Below the pieces are notes generated by a model. It had not been told where the DNA came from and ran no database searches. It worked only from the letters and a program-made list of their open reading frames with translations. A stretch of 61,889 bases of DNA, filler included, from Pirum gemmata (lineage: Eukaryota): NCBI GenBank assembly GCA_002812295.1. It is 21 parts of 21 records of this genome, joined end to end, with 100 filler letters (N's around TTAATTAATTAA, not from the genome) between each part and the next. Parts side by side here need not be neighbours in the genome. Positions count along the whole stretch, not along the records: positions 11,189 to 13,882 come from PDIN01004879.1; positions 13,983 to 16,703 come from PDIN01004880.1; positions 16,804 to 19,509 come from PDIN01004881.1; positions 19,610 to 22,300 come from PDIN01004882.1; positions 22,401 to 26,174 come from PDIN01004883.1; 16 more parts are not named here. One strand, written 5' to 3'. Positions 11,440 to 23,837 of the stretch are shown in pieces (the first letter of the stretch is position 1; each line of letters starts with the position of its first letter). Position numbers and translations under genes: made by a program.

Positions 11440-13135
11440 TTTTCAGTAATGGCATAGGGACTTAAGTATAGGGCAGCACGGATGCCGTTACAGTAATGTG
11501 TATGTGAGTTATGAGAGAAATCAATAAATGACGTCATAAATACTCTTAGTCTTCCAATAATTAACAATTTAATTTTGAGAGGGAAACTCGCTTGGCCTCA
11601 ACCTGAATCGATGTTAGTAAAAAATAAAAAAATAAAAAATATTATTCTGACGCCATCTGTGCTATAGCCCTATACTTTAGTCCCTATGGTAGACTAATGG
11701 GTATAATTATTTTATCTAATTGAAAGCTGAGGTTCCCGTTTTATTATTTTGTTCTTTTTGGTCAATATATTTAAATTTTAATTTTTTATGTAATCATACA
11801 AGCATACATTAGGTATGCATATGTGTAGAATTTTTTATTATTTTTATTGCTAGCTAGTGTAAAAACTACAACGTGACATTGTGTTACTGATGACATGAGA
11901 AGAAGTACCTAATTAGTAGAAGAACTATTGATATCGTCTATTTCCATGTCCTCTCAATCTTTAATTTGTTACTGTTTAAGTGTATATAATTGAGCTTGTT
12001 TATTAAATACAAGATTAAGTGTAAAATACCAAATTAACTAAAATATGCCTGATAGTTTAACCAAAATAATAATTTACACTATTGAAAAACACGATGCATG
12101 TGTCGTGATGTTGTGTAGACCCGGTCTACAGGATTTTCGAAACAGATCATACTGAGATCATTCTGATTCATTTATTTTTATTTTAATTTTTATATTATAT
12201 TGTCATTTTTATTTATTATTATTATTATTATCCAACCAAAATAATAAAAAATCGTTGCATTTTGGCTATTTAAACATGTCCCATGATAAAAGATTATGAT
12301 TATAAATATCATCATATATTAAAACCTACCAATTTAATATCAAAGATGTGCAATTAAATTAAATATTAAAAACCCCTATCGTGCATCATATTATTATAAT
12401 CTCATCAGGATATCGGCTTTATAAGTAATTGACGTTTGTGTAGGATTTGTGTATAACATTAATATTGATAGTACTTGTGTATACGTAGCTATAATAAAAG
12501 TTTTAGTTTATTTATATAAAAATAAAAATATTATAATTATATGATACTAATTAAATTTTTTATTTTTTTTAAAAAAACAGCCAAGCCGTGGATAAAACTG
12601 TAGAAATCATTTTTTTTAGACTTCTATGCTAATATCAGCCAAGTTATTTTTAAAACTTAGCCATTGGTTCATAATAGAGTTTCTTAGTTAGACAATTTCT
12701 CAAAATTTGGTAGTACTTTACTTAAAATTGGATCATTTTGAGATTTTTTGGATTTTTGAGCTCATATTTGCGGATGTCCCCATTTTAACAGGCTTGGTAA
12801 TTAAATATATCTCTATATATATAAATAAGACTATTATAAAACAGTTGACTCTAACTGTTATTATTAGAGTCTTTAGAATAACGTACGCGTAGTCTATTAT
12901 TTTTAATTTGAAGCAACAAGAAGGTATTATATCAAGATATAATAATATTCTAATATTGATAGGCTCGACAACTACTAGCTAGGACTCGACAACTACTTGA
13001 CAATCAGATAGTCAAAAGAGCTTTAATTAAAACTCTAGACCTTAAAAGCTTGTATAGTGCTAGGGCACGTAGTCCATTTATACTATATATATAGCTACTC
13101 TTGTTATATATATATATTATTATTTTAAATTCATA

Positions 13136-13275
13136 TCGTGCTTTTCATTTATTTTGTCACTCTGAATATTTATTTGTAGTGTTATAATCTTTAAATTGAT
13201 ATTTTTATATCAATTAAATGGATTTATATTATATGAATTTGGTACTATTTATGACAAAACAACTGAAAAGCACTA
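13136..13275. mobile_element. MITE family A copy (internally deleted)
   Basis: TA|TCGTGCTTTTCATTTATTTTGTCA ... TGACAAAACAACTGAAAAGCACTA|TA. Confidence 0.88.
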
Positions 13276-15635
13276 TAGAATAAAATTTTTTTTTATTATA
13301 TTATTTCGAATTCGATAAAATTATATATAGCAAAAAAGTGGTTATATATTATATCATAGCAAAAAAACAGTTATTTTCGCCATATATATTATATATCAGA
13401 GCAAGGACCCCCTAACCCTAACCCTAACCCTAACTCTAACCCTAACCCTAACCCTAACCCTAACCCTAACCCTAACTCTAACCCTAACCCTAACCCTATC
13501 ATATATCATATTAAATTTTATTTTAAAATAAAACTGTGTAGATTTTGGACTCTAGCTAGCTGCTAGCTAGTATGATAGAAGTTTGGAGTCCTTGGTCTGG
13601 TAGGCTGGTTCTGGCCTGGTATAATACACGTTGATCTTTCTATCTATAGATATTTTAATAGATATAATACTTTGATCACTCTTTGATCAGTTGTTTTGTT
13701 GTTAGTCAGTTGTTGTGTAATAAATAAGTGCTGTGTAGACTAACTTGTGTAACACAATTCTCTAAAGCTACACAATTCTCTAAAAGCTACACAATTCACA
13801 CAGCGTTGTGTTTTATCATGAGACCTACTCGTGATCAAGAACACTTCTTTCCCTAACCCTAACCCTAACCCTAACCCTAACCNNNNNNNNNNNNNNNNNN
13901 NNNNNNNNNNNNNNNNNNNNNNNNNNTTAATTAATTAANNNNNNNNNNNNNNNNNNNNNNNNNNNNNNNNNNNNNNNNNNNNATTAATACTCAACGTAAT
14001 TCGGATAATACTATTTAGCCGACCACAGTAATAAAAAAATAAGCAATAATATCATTGTAGCTTTTATATGGGTTTTTCTTATTTCGGTTGTCTGTTTCGG
14101 TTGTAGTAGACTACTGTTTTTGTCTGTTTTTGTAACAATTGACGTGATTGTTTTAATAATAGTAATAGATTAAAAAAGGAATAGTCTAATAAATTAAAGT
14201 GTACTTGTTTATAGTCTATAGAAATTATAGAATATCATTGATAATATCGATATAAATAAGTGTAAAATAACAGTATCTATGTCAAGTGTGTAGCATATGA
14301 AGGTCATAGATTAAAGGAAAGTTAAGGTATAAATAATAAGTGTATAGGTAAGTGGTCGCCTAATGAACGTCATAGACTTTAGAAAGGTTTTAAAAGGTAT
14401 AAATAATAAGTGTATTAATACTTATTTATATTATAGCAATGTATTATAATAATAGTAATAACTGTACTTACTATTATTATATAGAAATTGAATGATAAAA
14501 GTATACTGATTGATTTAAGTATGATAGATTGAATAATGAAAAGGTATAAATAATAAGGGTGTTTATTTATATAGTAATATATTAATATAATAATAATATT
14601 TATAATGTTAAACTGTACTTATTATTATTATTCTGATATGATATTAATTAAATAATGATGTGTAGACTATAGGTAATAATCTGTAGTTCTATGACTTGTA
14701 TCAAATGTTAAAAGTAAAGTCTACAATATTATATCGAATAGTATAAATAAAAAAATAGATCTTTAAAAGAAAGCGGAAAGGTAGAAAAAAACACTAAAAA
14801 AACTCTCTTATGTATTAAGCAAAACCCTAACCCTAACCCTAACCCTAACCCTAACCCTAACCCTAACCCTAACCCTAACCCTAACCCTAATTAACCCTAA
14901 CCCTAACCCTAACCCTAACCCTAACCCNNNNNNNNNNNTAACCCTAACCCTAACCCTAACCCTAACCCTAACCCTAACCCTAACCCTAACCCTAACCCTA
15001 ACCCTAATTAACCCTAACCCTAACCCTAACCCTAACCCTAACCCTGATAATGTTACAGTTTTAGCATGAATTATAAACCAAATAATAGAATTATTAATAT
15101 ATTATTAAGTGTTAAATAAGTGTGTATATGTAAAATTTATATTATGATTAAAAAAATATATTATAATAGTAATAAAAGTAAATGTTGTAATTAATATTAT
15201 GTGTTGATTATTTAATAAGTATTAATATTATTAGTAATTATTTAAAATTAATCAACAAAAGAACAGTTACACCCCTTCACAAAAAATTAATTTTCATAGT
15301 GAATGTTGTTAACAATTTAACATGTCGCTTTAATTAGTTAATTAAGCAAACTTATATATTTAACATCGAAAAATAATTGGTAGTTTTTCAATACATACAG
15401 TTTGTCAAGCGCAAAATAGAACAAAATTTCCGCACTTAAATTGGACCTAGTACCAGTTGATGACTTTGCCTGTTTTGCCTGACTTTGCAAGAGAAGTTTC
15501 AACTTTCAAGTTTGCCCTAGCCGAAAAAAGCCGAAAAAAAAAACCTAAAGTAAATATCTAAAGGCACCTATAATGGGGGCTTATTTATTAGTAAACTGCC
15601 TGAAGTTTCTGAAGTTCCTGAACTGCGCCTGAACT

Positions 15636-15868
15636 AGTAGGGGTGAGATGACGTCATTTTATTATTACCGAACAGCTGCCGGAACTTTTCCAATTTTTAT
15701 GGTTTTATTACTATTAATGTTAGTATTATTACTTTAATTGGTAACTACTATAATTAGATTTACTATGTTAAGTTATTTAGCTACTATTATTAGTAAGAAA
15801 CACGGAACTAAGGTTGGCTCGATAAGCATCTGCTCGAAAAAAGTTCCAGTAGATATCTCACCCCTACT
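15636..15868. mobile_element. MITE family E (TIR AGTAGGGGTGAGAT) with 9-bp TSD GCCTGAACT
   Basis: Perfect 14-bp TIR. The direct repeat gcctgaact is at 15627-15635 and 15869-15877. Confidence 0.88.
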
Positions 15869-16104
15869 GCCTGAACTACACTAGTTAGATGATCTTGTTT
15901 ATTAATTGGCTGATTTGTAGTTAGTGGTAGTAATAGTGGGCTGTTAGTGGTTAGATTAAAACTAAAATCTAAAATCTGCTTCCGAAAAAATCACAAAAAA
16001 TGCTCTAGACAAAATGTGGCCGACGGGCTGTGTGCGATCATGGTGGTCTACTCTACTCTAGCTGATAATATTATAGACTACCAGTTACTAGCTAGCTGTT
16101 CATA

Positions 16105-16253
16105 AAGGGCATCACTTATTCTTTGATAAAAGTCATTCCTCAAGTGTGATTTAAACTGTTTTAGGCAGTAATTAATTATTAAAATGAACTTTAAAATGAT
16201 GACCAAAAGTGTTTTGGGCAAAGAGGCATAGGTAAGATTAGGTGACATCCTTT
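16105..16253. mobile_element. Dispersed repeat family F (~150 bp, degenerate TIR around GACGTCACCTAATCT)
   Basis: Homologous copies at ~61320-61470 (inverted) and ~24505-24700 (rearranged). Confidence 0.7.
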
Positions 16254-16328
16254 ATTATGGATGATTCCTTATAAATGAACAGGCCAGTTTTTATTATGAT
16301 AATTATATGATATGATATTATTATATCA

Positions 16329-16517
16329 TAGCGCTTTTCATTTATTTTATCACTCCGAATATTTATTTGGTTGGTTATAATTTTTTAATTGACATTGTTA
16401 AATGAATAAATTAATAATAAAATATACCAAATTAAATGAAACGGATTTATATTGCATTAATTTGGTACTATTTATTGTATATTTTAATTTTAATGATAAA
16501 ATAACTGAAAAGCTCGA
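16329..16517. mobile_element. MITE family A copy
   Basis: Full-length match to family A with both TIRs. Confidence 0.85.
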
Positions 16518-16587
16518 TATAATATCATAGGTCTATCATAGAAGAAGAAAAAGTGAGATAAGAAAGTTCTGAATTTTACTATTTGTC

Positions 16588-16660
16588 TGAACTTTTGTGT
16601 GAACTTTTGTGTGAACTTTTGTGTGAACTTTTGTGTGAACTTTTGTGTGAACTTTTGTGT
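16588..16660. repeat. 12-bp tandem repeat (GAACTTTTGTGT)x6
   Basis: Directly visible perfect array. Confidence 0.9.
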
Positions 16661-17683
16661 GTACAAACACATGTTACGATTTTTTTTTTTTTTTCAGTAT
16701 TTANNNNNNNNNNNNNNNNNNNNNNNNNNNNNNNNNNNNNNNNNNNNTTAATTAATTAANNNNNNNNNNNNNNNNNNNNNNNNNNNNNNNNNNNNNNNNN
16801 NNNTTATTAATTGCTATTTTATTATTATTATATTATACTAAATATTTAATATTAGTATTAGTATCAGTATCAGTATCAGTATTAGTATTAGTATAAGTAT
16901 TAGCATTAGTATTAGTATTACTACTATTACTATTACTATTAATAGTACTATTACTATTACTATTACTAGTACTATTATTATTAATTACTAGTACTATTAC
17001 TACATATTACCTGTTATATATTTGATAAATATATATATATATCGATTAATATTATATTTTTTAAATTATTCTAATCAGTATATATAATACAGATAGCATA
17101 AGTAAAAATTATGAATATTAATATTCTTGTTGTTAGTTTCGTTGAGCCATCTCACCGACAATTTTTCATTGCGTTTTACCAAATTATCCATGTTTGGTTT
17201 AATGTCTTTTCCTTCGACACTTACCGCTACTTCTCCATCCACCATGAAGGAATAATTGTAATATATCTGTACCATTTGTGTTGGCATGGTAAATGTTTGT
17301 CAATTTTTTCTACAAGAGTTTTGTCTAATTCTGGTATCATTTCTGATACAGATAGATATTTTCTCTCAACTGTAGCGTTCTCCATGTTTGAAATAAGATT
17401 AATAATTAATTTTTTGTGTTAGTTTATTTACGTTATTATTGTAGATTTTGTTATAATATAATATTTTTTAAATTATTCTCATAATAATCATACAAAATAC
17501 CTCATTACATTTTTACTTATACTATTTAAATTATATTATACTGATTAGAATAATTTAAAAAATATAATATTACTGATACTATTACTATTATTAATTCTAA
17601 TACTATTACTATTGCTAATACTTTCATTACTACTATTACTATTACTATTACTATTACTAGGGCTAGGGCTCTTATAATTATCA

Positions 17684-17714
<31 letters not shown>

Positions 17715-17977
17715 TACTATATATATTATAATTACTATTAAGTTTAAATAAATTAATATTACTATTACTATTACTATTATTATTATTATTATTTGTACAA
17801 TTACTATAACCTTATAATTACTCTTATAATTACTCTTAGTATTACTATTTACTATTAATTAATTTTACATTTTCAAGCACTATGACTATGAATTGTTATA
17901 ATTATGAAAATTATTAATAAGGTGATGATTATATTATTGTTACTTAAGTTTTTAATATGCTTTCCTAAAAAAAAAAG

Positions 17978-19402
17978 ATAAACATGAACATGGAGTAGGA
18001 GAGTTACACGAACACGAGAATACTGATATTAGTAATGGTGATAAACAAACAACAAAGAAAGAAGAACATGTGACACATACAGGTGAAGAAGGTCATGTCC
18101 ACGGCGAAGAAGGTCATGCCCACGACGAAGAAGGTCATGTTGACGGCGAAGAAGGACATGTCGACGGGGAAGAAGGCCATGGTGAGGAAGGTCATGCCCA
18201 CGGTGAAGAAGGTCATAATCACGGCGAAGAAGGCCATGGTCATGTTGAAGAAGGTCATGCCCACGGCGAAGAAGGCCATGGTCATGTTGAAGAAGGTCAT
18301 GCCCACGGCAAAGATGGACATGCCCACGAAGAAGTCCATGTCGACGGCGAAGAAGGCCATGTCGATGAAGGCCATGGTAAGGAAGGTCATGATCACGGCG
18401 AAGAAGACCATGGTCATGTTGAAGAAAGTCATGTTCAAGTCGAAGAAGGTCATAATCACGGTGAAGAAGGTCATGTCCAAGTCCAAGCTGCAGATAGTCA
18501 TGAAGGTCATGACCACGGTGAAGAAGGTCATGTCCAAGTCCAAGCTGCAGATAGTCATGAAGGCCATGATCATGGTGAAGAAGGTCATGAAGGTCATGAC
18601 CACGGTGAAGAAGGTCATGATCACGGTGAAGAACCTGTAGCTTTACCACCAAATGTAACGTATTTTTCAGGTACCATTATATATATATATATATATAAAT
18701 AAACTGTTGTTGTTGTATTGTAACAACAACAACAACATGAACAGCAATAACAACAACGACATGCACAACAACAACATCTACTACTACTACTACAGCAGCA
18801 ACAACACACATACAAATTTTTAAAATAATAATATAAGTATAATAACAATAATTATAATGACTAATAGGAGAAAGGGTAAAATAAATTTGAAGTTCGAATA
18901 ACTAATACTAATACTTATACTAATACTAATACTATTATTACTACCAATACTAATACTAACACTAACACTAACACTAACACTAACACTATCATTAACACTA
19001 ACAATAACACTAAAACTAACATTAGTACTAATATTAATATTAATATTATAATACTAATACAAATATCAATACTAATAATACGACTACAGCTACTATTAGC
19101 AGTAATAATAATAACACAACGTACATATGTTATATATATATATATAATATTGTATATAACAATTTATAATGACAATAGATGAGTTAGAAGTTAAGTACGC
19201 TAACGATAAAAAGGAATACTCTGAAGAAAAAATTAATATGCTTTTGGTTGATATGGGTTTGCAAGCTGACCCGCATGCAGGCCACGATCATGCAGGCCAC
19301 GATCATGCAGACCATGATGATCACTCTGGTCACAATCATAGAAGACGTAGAGAAGTGTTATTACATAGAACAAGAAGAGCCGCTGCACAGGGCTATTGTT
19401 TG
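17978..19402 (+). CDS. His/Glu/Gly-rich ectodomain, probable LIV-1-subfamily ZIP (SLC39) zinc transporter fragment (exons 17978-18670, 19179-19402)
   Basis: Exon 1 has many HGEEGH repeats and ends tcag|gtacc. Exon 2 joins in phase (G+AT) and reads DELEVKY...DPHAGHDHAGHDHADHDDHSGHNHRRRREVLLHRTRRAAAQGYCL|gttag. A His tract plus polybasic site plus Cys resembles LIV-1 ZIP ectodomains; no TM domain is in the contig. Confidence 0.6.
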
Positions 19403-19415
19403 GTTAGTTGATGAC

Positions 19416-19449
<34 letters not shown>

Positions 19450-19472
19450 TTGATGATGTTGATGTTATTGTT

Positions 19473-19508
<36 letters not shown>

Positions 19509-20136
19509 GNNNNNNNNNNNNNNNNNNNNNNNNNNNNNNNNNNNNNNNNNNNNTTAATTAATTAANNNNNNNNNNNNNNNNNNNNNNNNNNNNNNNNNNN
19601 NNNNNNNNNTAAATAATAAATAATAAATAATAGATTAATAAATAATAAATAATAAATAATAAATAATAAATAATAAGTGCTTGTCCGTTATCCCATCATT
19701 CACATTCACAACACCCTCACCCGACGAACAAAAGAGTTATCAATAAAACAGGGACAAAAACAAAAACAAAAGAGCGAAGACATTTATCAAAAATGAACGA
19801 CGATAACTATAACAGTAGTATTTTAAATAATAATAATAACAAACCAACACGCCATTGATAGCTAATGCTAAAAAATGATAGTTATAACAATGGTAACAGC
19901 AAATTGAACCAACACGCCATTGATAGCTAATACTAAAAAAATGACAGTTATAACAATGGTAACATCAAATTGAACTTTTTGAGCAATGACATGGATACTG
20001 TTTAAACAGTGATGGCAACAACGACATCTAAACATTAAAAAAAAAATAAAAAAAAATAAAATGATGTTATACTTTTTAGTAAACTTAAGCACAATTGTTA
20101 GTACACCAAATAAAAGCTATTGATAAGAACTTGTAC

Positions 20137-20290
20137 CTAATAAAATGCAAATATTTTTCTCTTTATCGTAAAAGGTTTCCTTTTCTGAAATAGCTTCTAA
20201 TTTTTGTATATCGAAGTTGGCTTTGCTAATGTCATCATCTCCTGTAGCGCAATCCTCCTCAAAATCCAAGTCAGGGAATTCATCCCTCAT
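20137..20290 (-). CDS. Possible first exon of an unknown acidic protein
   Basis: ATG at 20290, MRDEFPDLDFEEDCATGDDDISKANFDIQKLEAISEKETFYDKEKNICILL, then ag|gtacaa donor. Confidence 0.3.
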
Positions 20291-21532
20291 ATTTTTATTA
20301 TTTTATTTATTAGAAAAGGATGTAATTTTGATATGTTTATCTTGATATGTATATCTAGATGGGGTAAGCAAACAAAATATACAAAAAATTAACACACATA
20401 CGAGTATTCTATTTTTATTGCTATAAATATTAGTTGTGAGGAGAAAGAAGTTTTGGGAACGCTCATGCAAGCACTAACTATTGATATAGTAGTGTCTATA
20501 AATTATAGTATCTAAAAAAATATTATTAGTACGATACCATGGCATTTGAACTGAGGAGTTGAAGTGGAGTTGAACAATAACCAACTTGAACTTTCTTCTT
20601 AGAACGGGGAAAATACAGTGAAAATACAGAAATAATTATTATCATAATAGTCTATCATAATTATGTCTGATAGTTTATCGATATCACTGTTACATAATAT
20701 TATCATTATCGATCTCCATTATCACTTGGTAGTCTAGTAGAGTTCTAGTAGCTGTTCCTAGCCAGCTAGCTATGATAGCTACTATAGAGTATTATAGAGT
20801 ATAGACTAGCTATCATTTTTTGATAGCTACTTATGATACTGTATTGGCTGAGTCTGAGCTATTATTACACAGAGCACACAGAGCCTATGACGTATGTATT
20901 TTATACTAGGTCATAGTTTAAAAATAAACCCTTAATTACGTCACCAAATATTATTAAATGACGTAATAACTAAAAGGACATTGAAAAGTTTGCAATGTGA
21001 CGTCATCTTTAGATCTAACAAGAACCCAACTCGATAGCTATCGTGAATCGATAGCTAGCTCTAGGTATAGCTAGCTAGTAGCTAGCTAGAGTAGCTAGTC
21101 TAACCCTAAACACTCCCTAAAAACCTAACTAAAAGAGCTATGAAAGTGCTATGAAGCCTATGATACAATGATAAAAGACTGATAAAAGTTTGCTGTCATA
21201 AATATTTACCTTGAATGAGTATCATTGTATCAAGTGTAGATAGTGTGTAGATACCACCTGCTCTGAAACTTAATTAAGAAGCAATATTTGTTTGTTTGGA
21301 GCCGGATTTATTTGCACAGTCATTTTAGTATTCATTATTAAAGTATTAAAGTTAGCTATAGTGTAGACATTTATAAAACCCTTTACTTGAACTCATTCGT
21401 AAACTTGTTATCAAATGTTTCCATTGGAAAACTAATTTTCTTTTGTTTATATTCACTGAAATATAACTAACTATCTACAGTTGTAATAGTAAAAACTATT
21501 CTTCGCCCCAAAGATATTCAACAACAAATAGC

Positions 21533-21762
21533 ATGTCAAAGCGGTTTGCTATCCCAACTGTTGAAGAGGTTTACTCAAATAAACGGAAACCTCAAACCAA
21601 TTTGTTCAAAGAACATCAACAGCAAAAAGACAAAAAGAGTGATGGAGCTTCAAAATCCGATTTAAGCCCATTTCAGAGCCAAAGTAATGCAAGCACATGG
21701 AATCCTTCCAATATAAATACAAGCGAAACACGCAAAGAATCTATAAGTACTGGTCCTAGTAG

Positions 21763-21793
<31 letters not shown>

Positions 21794-21924
21794 GCCACCG
21801 CCACCGCCACCACTTTATTACCCGCAAAACCAAACTCTGTTGACTCTGTTCCGAACAGTCGTAAGGAAATTTTAAACATAGAGGATAAAATCATCGATAC
21901 TGTTGTTGAAAAAGCTTCTAATAC
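21533..21924 (+). CDS. First exon; N-terminus weakly reminiscent of ERCC1
   Basis: ATG start and perfect donor gtaagt at 21925. MSKRFAIPTVEEV...TNLFK resembles the ERCC1 N-terminal KKFVIP..E.....LF pattern; no conserved domain is present. Confidence 0.45.
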
Positions 21925-21995
21925 GTAAGTGTTGTATCTAGTTTTTTATGAGTGTTGTAGTAGCAGTGGTCGTAGTAGTAGTGGTAGTAGTAGTG

Positions 21996-22048
<53 letters not shown>

Positions 22049-22130
22049 TGAAGTAGAAGTAGTGGGAGTAGTAAAAATAGTGGTAGTAGCAGTAGTAGTA
22101 ATCGTCGTCGTAGTAGTAATAGTAGTAGTG

Positions 22131-22164
<34 letters not shown>

Positions 22165-22269
22165 CCGTCGTAATCGTAGTCGTCGTAGTCGTAGTCGTCG
22201 TCGTAGTAGTAGTAGTAGTAGTCGCCGTAGTCGTAGTCGTAGTCGAAGTAGTCGTAGTAGTAGTAGCAA

Positions 22270-22300
<31 letters not shown>

Positions 22301-22400
22301 NNNNNNNNNNNNNNNNNNNNNNNNNNNNNNNNNNNNNNNNNNNNTTAATTAATTAANNNNNNNNNNNNNNNNNNNNNNNNNNNNNNNNNNNNNNNNNNNN

Positions 22401-23005
22401 AGAAAGAGAACAAGAACAAGAAAGAGAACAAGAACAAGAAAGAGAACAAGAACAAGAAAGAGAACAAGAACAAGAAAGAGAACAAGAACAAGAAAGAGAA
22501 CAAGAACAAGAAAGAGAACAAGAACAAGAAAGAGAACAAGAACAAGAAAGAGAACAAGAACAAGAAAGAGAACAAGAACAAGAAAGAGAACAAGAACAAG
22601 AAAAATAACAGGTGTTTCTGTGACTAGTAGTGTAATTAATAGTAGTGGCAATTAAGTGTTTACTCCGAATAACGATGCGACACAAAGTGCCAGTAAAGTC
22701 GCGCACGGGAAGTATTCTACTGGACCTAACCAGTGTTTCTGTGACTAGTACTAAGTAGTATAATTGATAGCAGTGGAAATTTACACACTGAATAACCGTG
22801 CGACACAAAACGCCAGTAAAGTCACAGGAATTACTGGGCCTGGTATTTCTGTGACTAGTTAGTATTATTGATAGGAGTGGAAATTTAGTGTTTACAACTT
22901 TACACTGAATAACGGTGCGACACAAAACGTCCTGTGACTAAAGTTTCTAAACAGTGCACTTTACTCACTGGTGCGTGTGTAAAACGCAGGAAAAGTCACA
23001 GGAAT
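22401..23005. repeat. 18-bp microsatellite (AGAAAGAGAACAAGAACA)n followed by ~110-125-bp imperfect tandem units
   Basis: Perfect array at 22401-22600, then repeated tgtgactagt...ctgaataac.gtgcgacacaaa...agtaaagtc blocks. Confidence 0.8.
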
Positions 23006-23422
23006 AGCTATGGCTATACGTATCATAATATCATAGTACTATTTAAAGTCTGGAACTGAGTAGTCTGGATTCTGGAAGGCTCGAGAGGCCGTGAGTCACA
23101 CTGTAGATGGAAAGATGGTAGAAAAGATGAATATTAAAATCTTTTAGTCTACAAAAGTATTAAAAAATCATACTATATCACTGTTATGTACACATTAACG
23201 ACGTCACTTTGTTTTGAAAATATCCTTTTAGATTACCATTTAAATGAGTTAGATTGCATTCTGTAAGCTTTGAATTTTCATCTGCTAGGGTCAGAATGGA
23301 GGAGGGATTTGGGGTGTTTGATGACGTCATTAATGAAGGTGGGCAATGACGGATTAACATTATGATATATCCGATAATATATCGATAAATAGTATGATAT
23401 TGATACCGTACAGTACAGTGTA

Positions 23423-23837
23423 TCGTGATTTTCATTTATTTTGTCACTCTGAATGTTTATTTGGAGGGTTATAATCTTTAAATTGTCATTTTTAAATCAA
23501 TACATAGATAATAAAATTTACCAAATTTGTATTTTATTAATTTGCTATCGATACTATTTATTGTATAGGGAGCGTTCAATAATTACGTAACGCCGATTTG
23601 GGACAAAAACCTACCCTACTACCCCCCATGTAATGGGCTGTTACTTTTGAGAAGGACTACCTACCCCTTATGACGTAACGATTTGGAAAAAATAGTACCC
23701 TAAATTACCGGGGTAGGTTTTCGTAATATGACATAACGCAAAAAAAATTATACCCCTACTGGCATTCTTATTCTATAAATAAGAATGCCAGTTGTCTTAA
23801 AAGCATTTATATATATATATACAACTGAAAAGTACTA
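23423..23837. mobile_element. MITE family A copy interrupted by a Harbinger-like element starting at 23568
   Basis: Family A left part to ~23565, then GGGAGCGTTCAATAATTACGTAACG, then the family A right TIR ACAACTGAAAAGTACTA at 23821-23837. Confidence 0.75.

Noticed and set aside
14824..15045. (CCCTAA)n arrays as true chromosome ends
   Set aside because: Many have unique sequence on both sides, and those at contig ends are as easily explained by assembly breaks at repeats.
17075..17422. Short coding-like island (MENATVERKYL... and overlapping ORFs)
   Set aside because: No consistent frame, splice model or recognisable motif could be supported.
18004..18652. Three overlapping long ORFs in other frames of the His-rich repeat
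   Set aside because: Shadow ORFs of a stop-poor repeat; only the HGEEG frame splices in phase to the next exon.
21946..22352. Poly-L/V/I/S ORFs here and at 6009-6475, 8723-8947, 33902-34247, 34857-35687, 38245-38506 and 39015-39256
   Set aside because: Translations of tri- and hexanucleotide microsatellites.
22401..22612. (EREQEQ)n reading of the 18-bp repeat as a coding exon
   Set aside because: It starts at a contig edge with no unique coding context, so it cannot be distinguished from a non-coding microsatellite.
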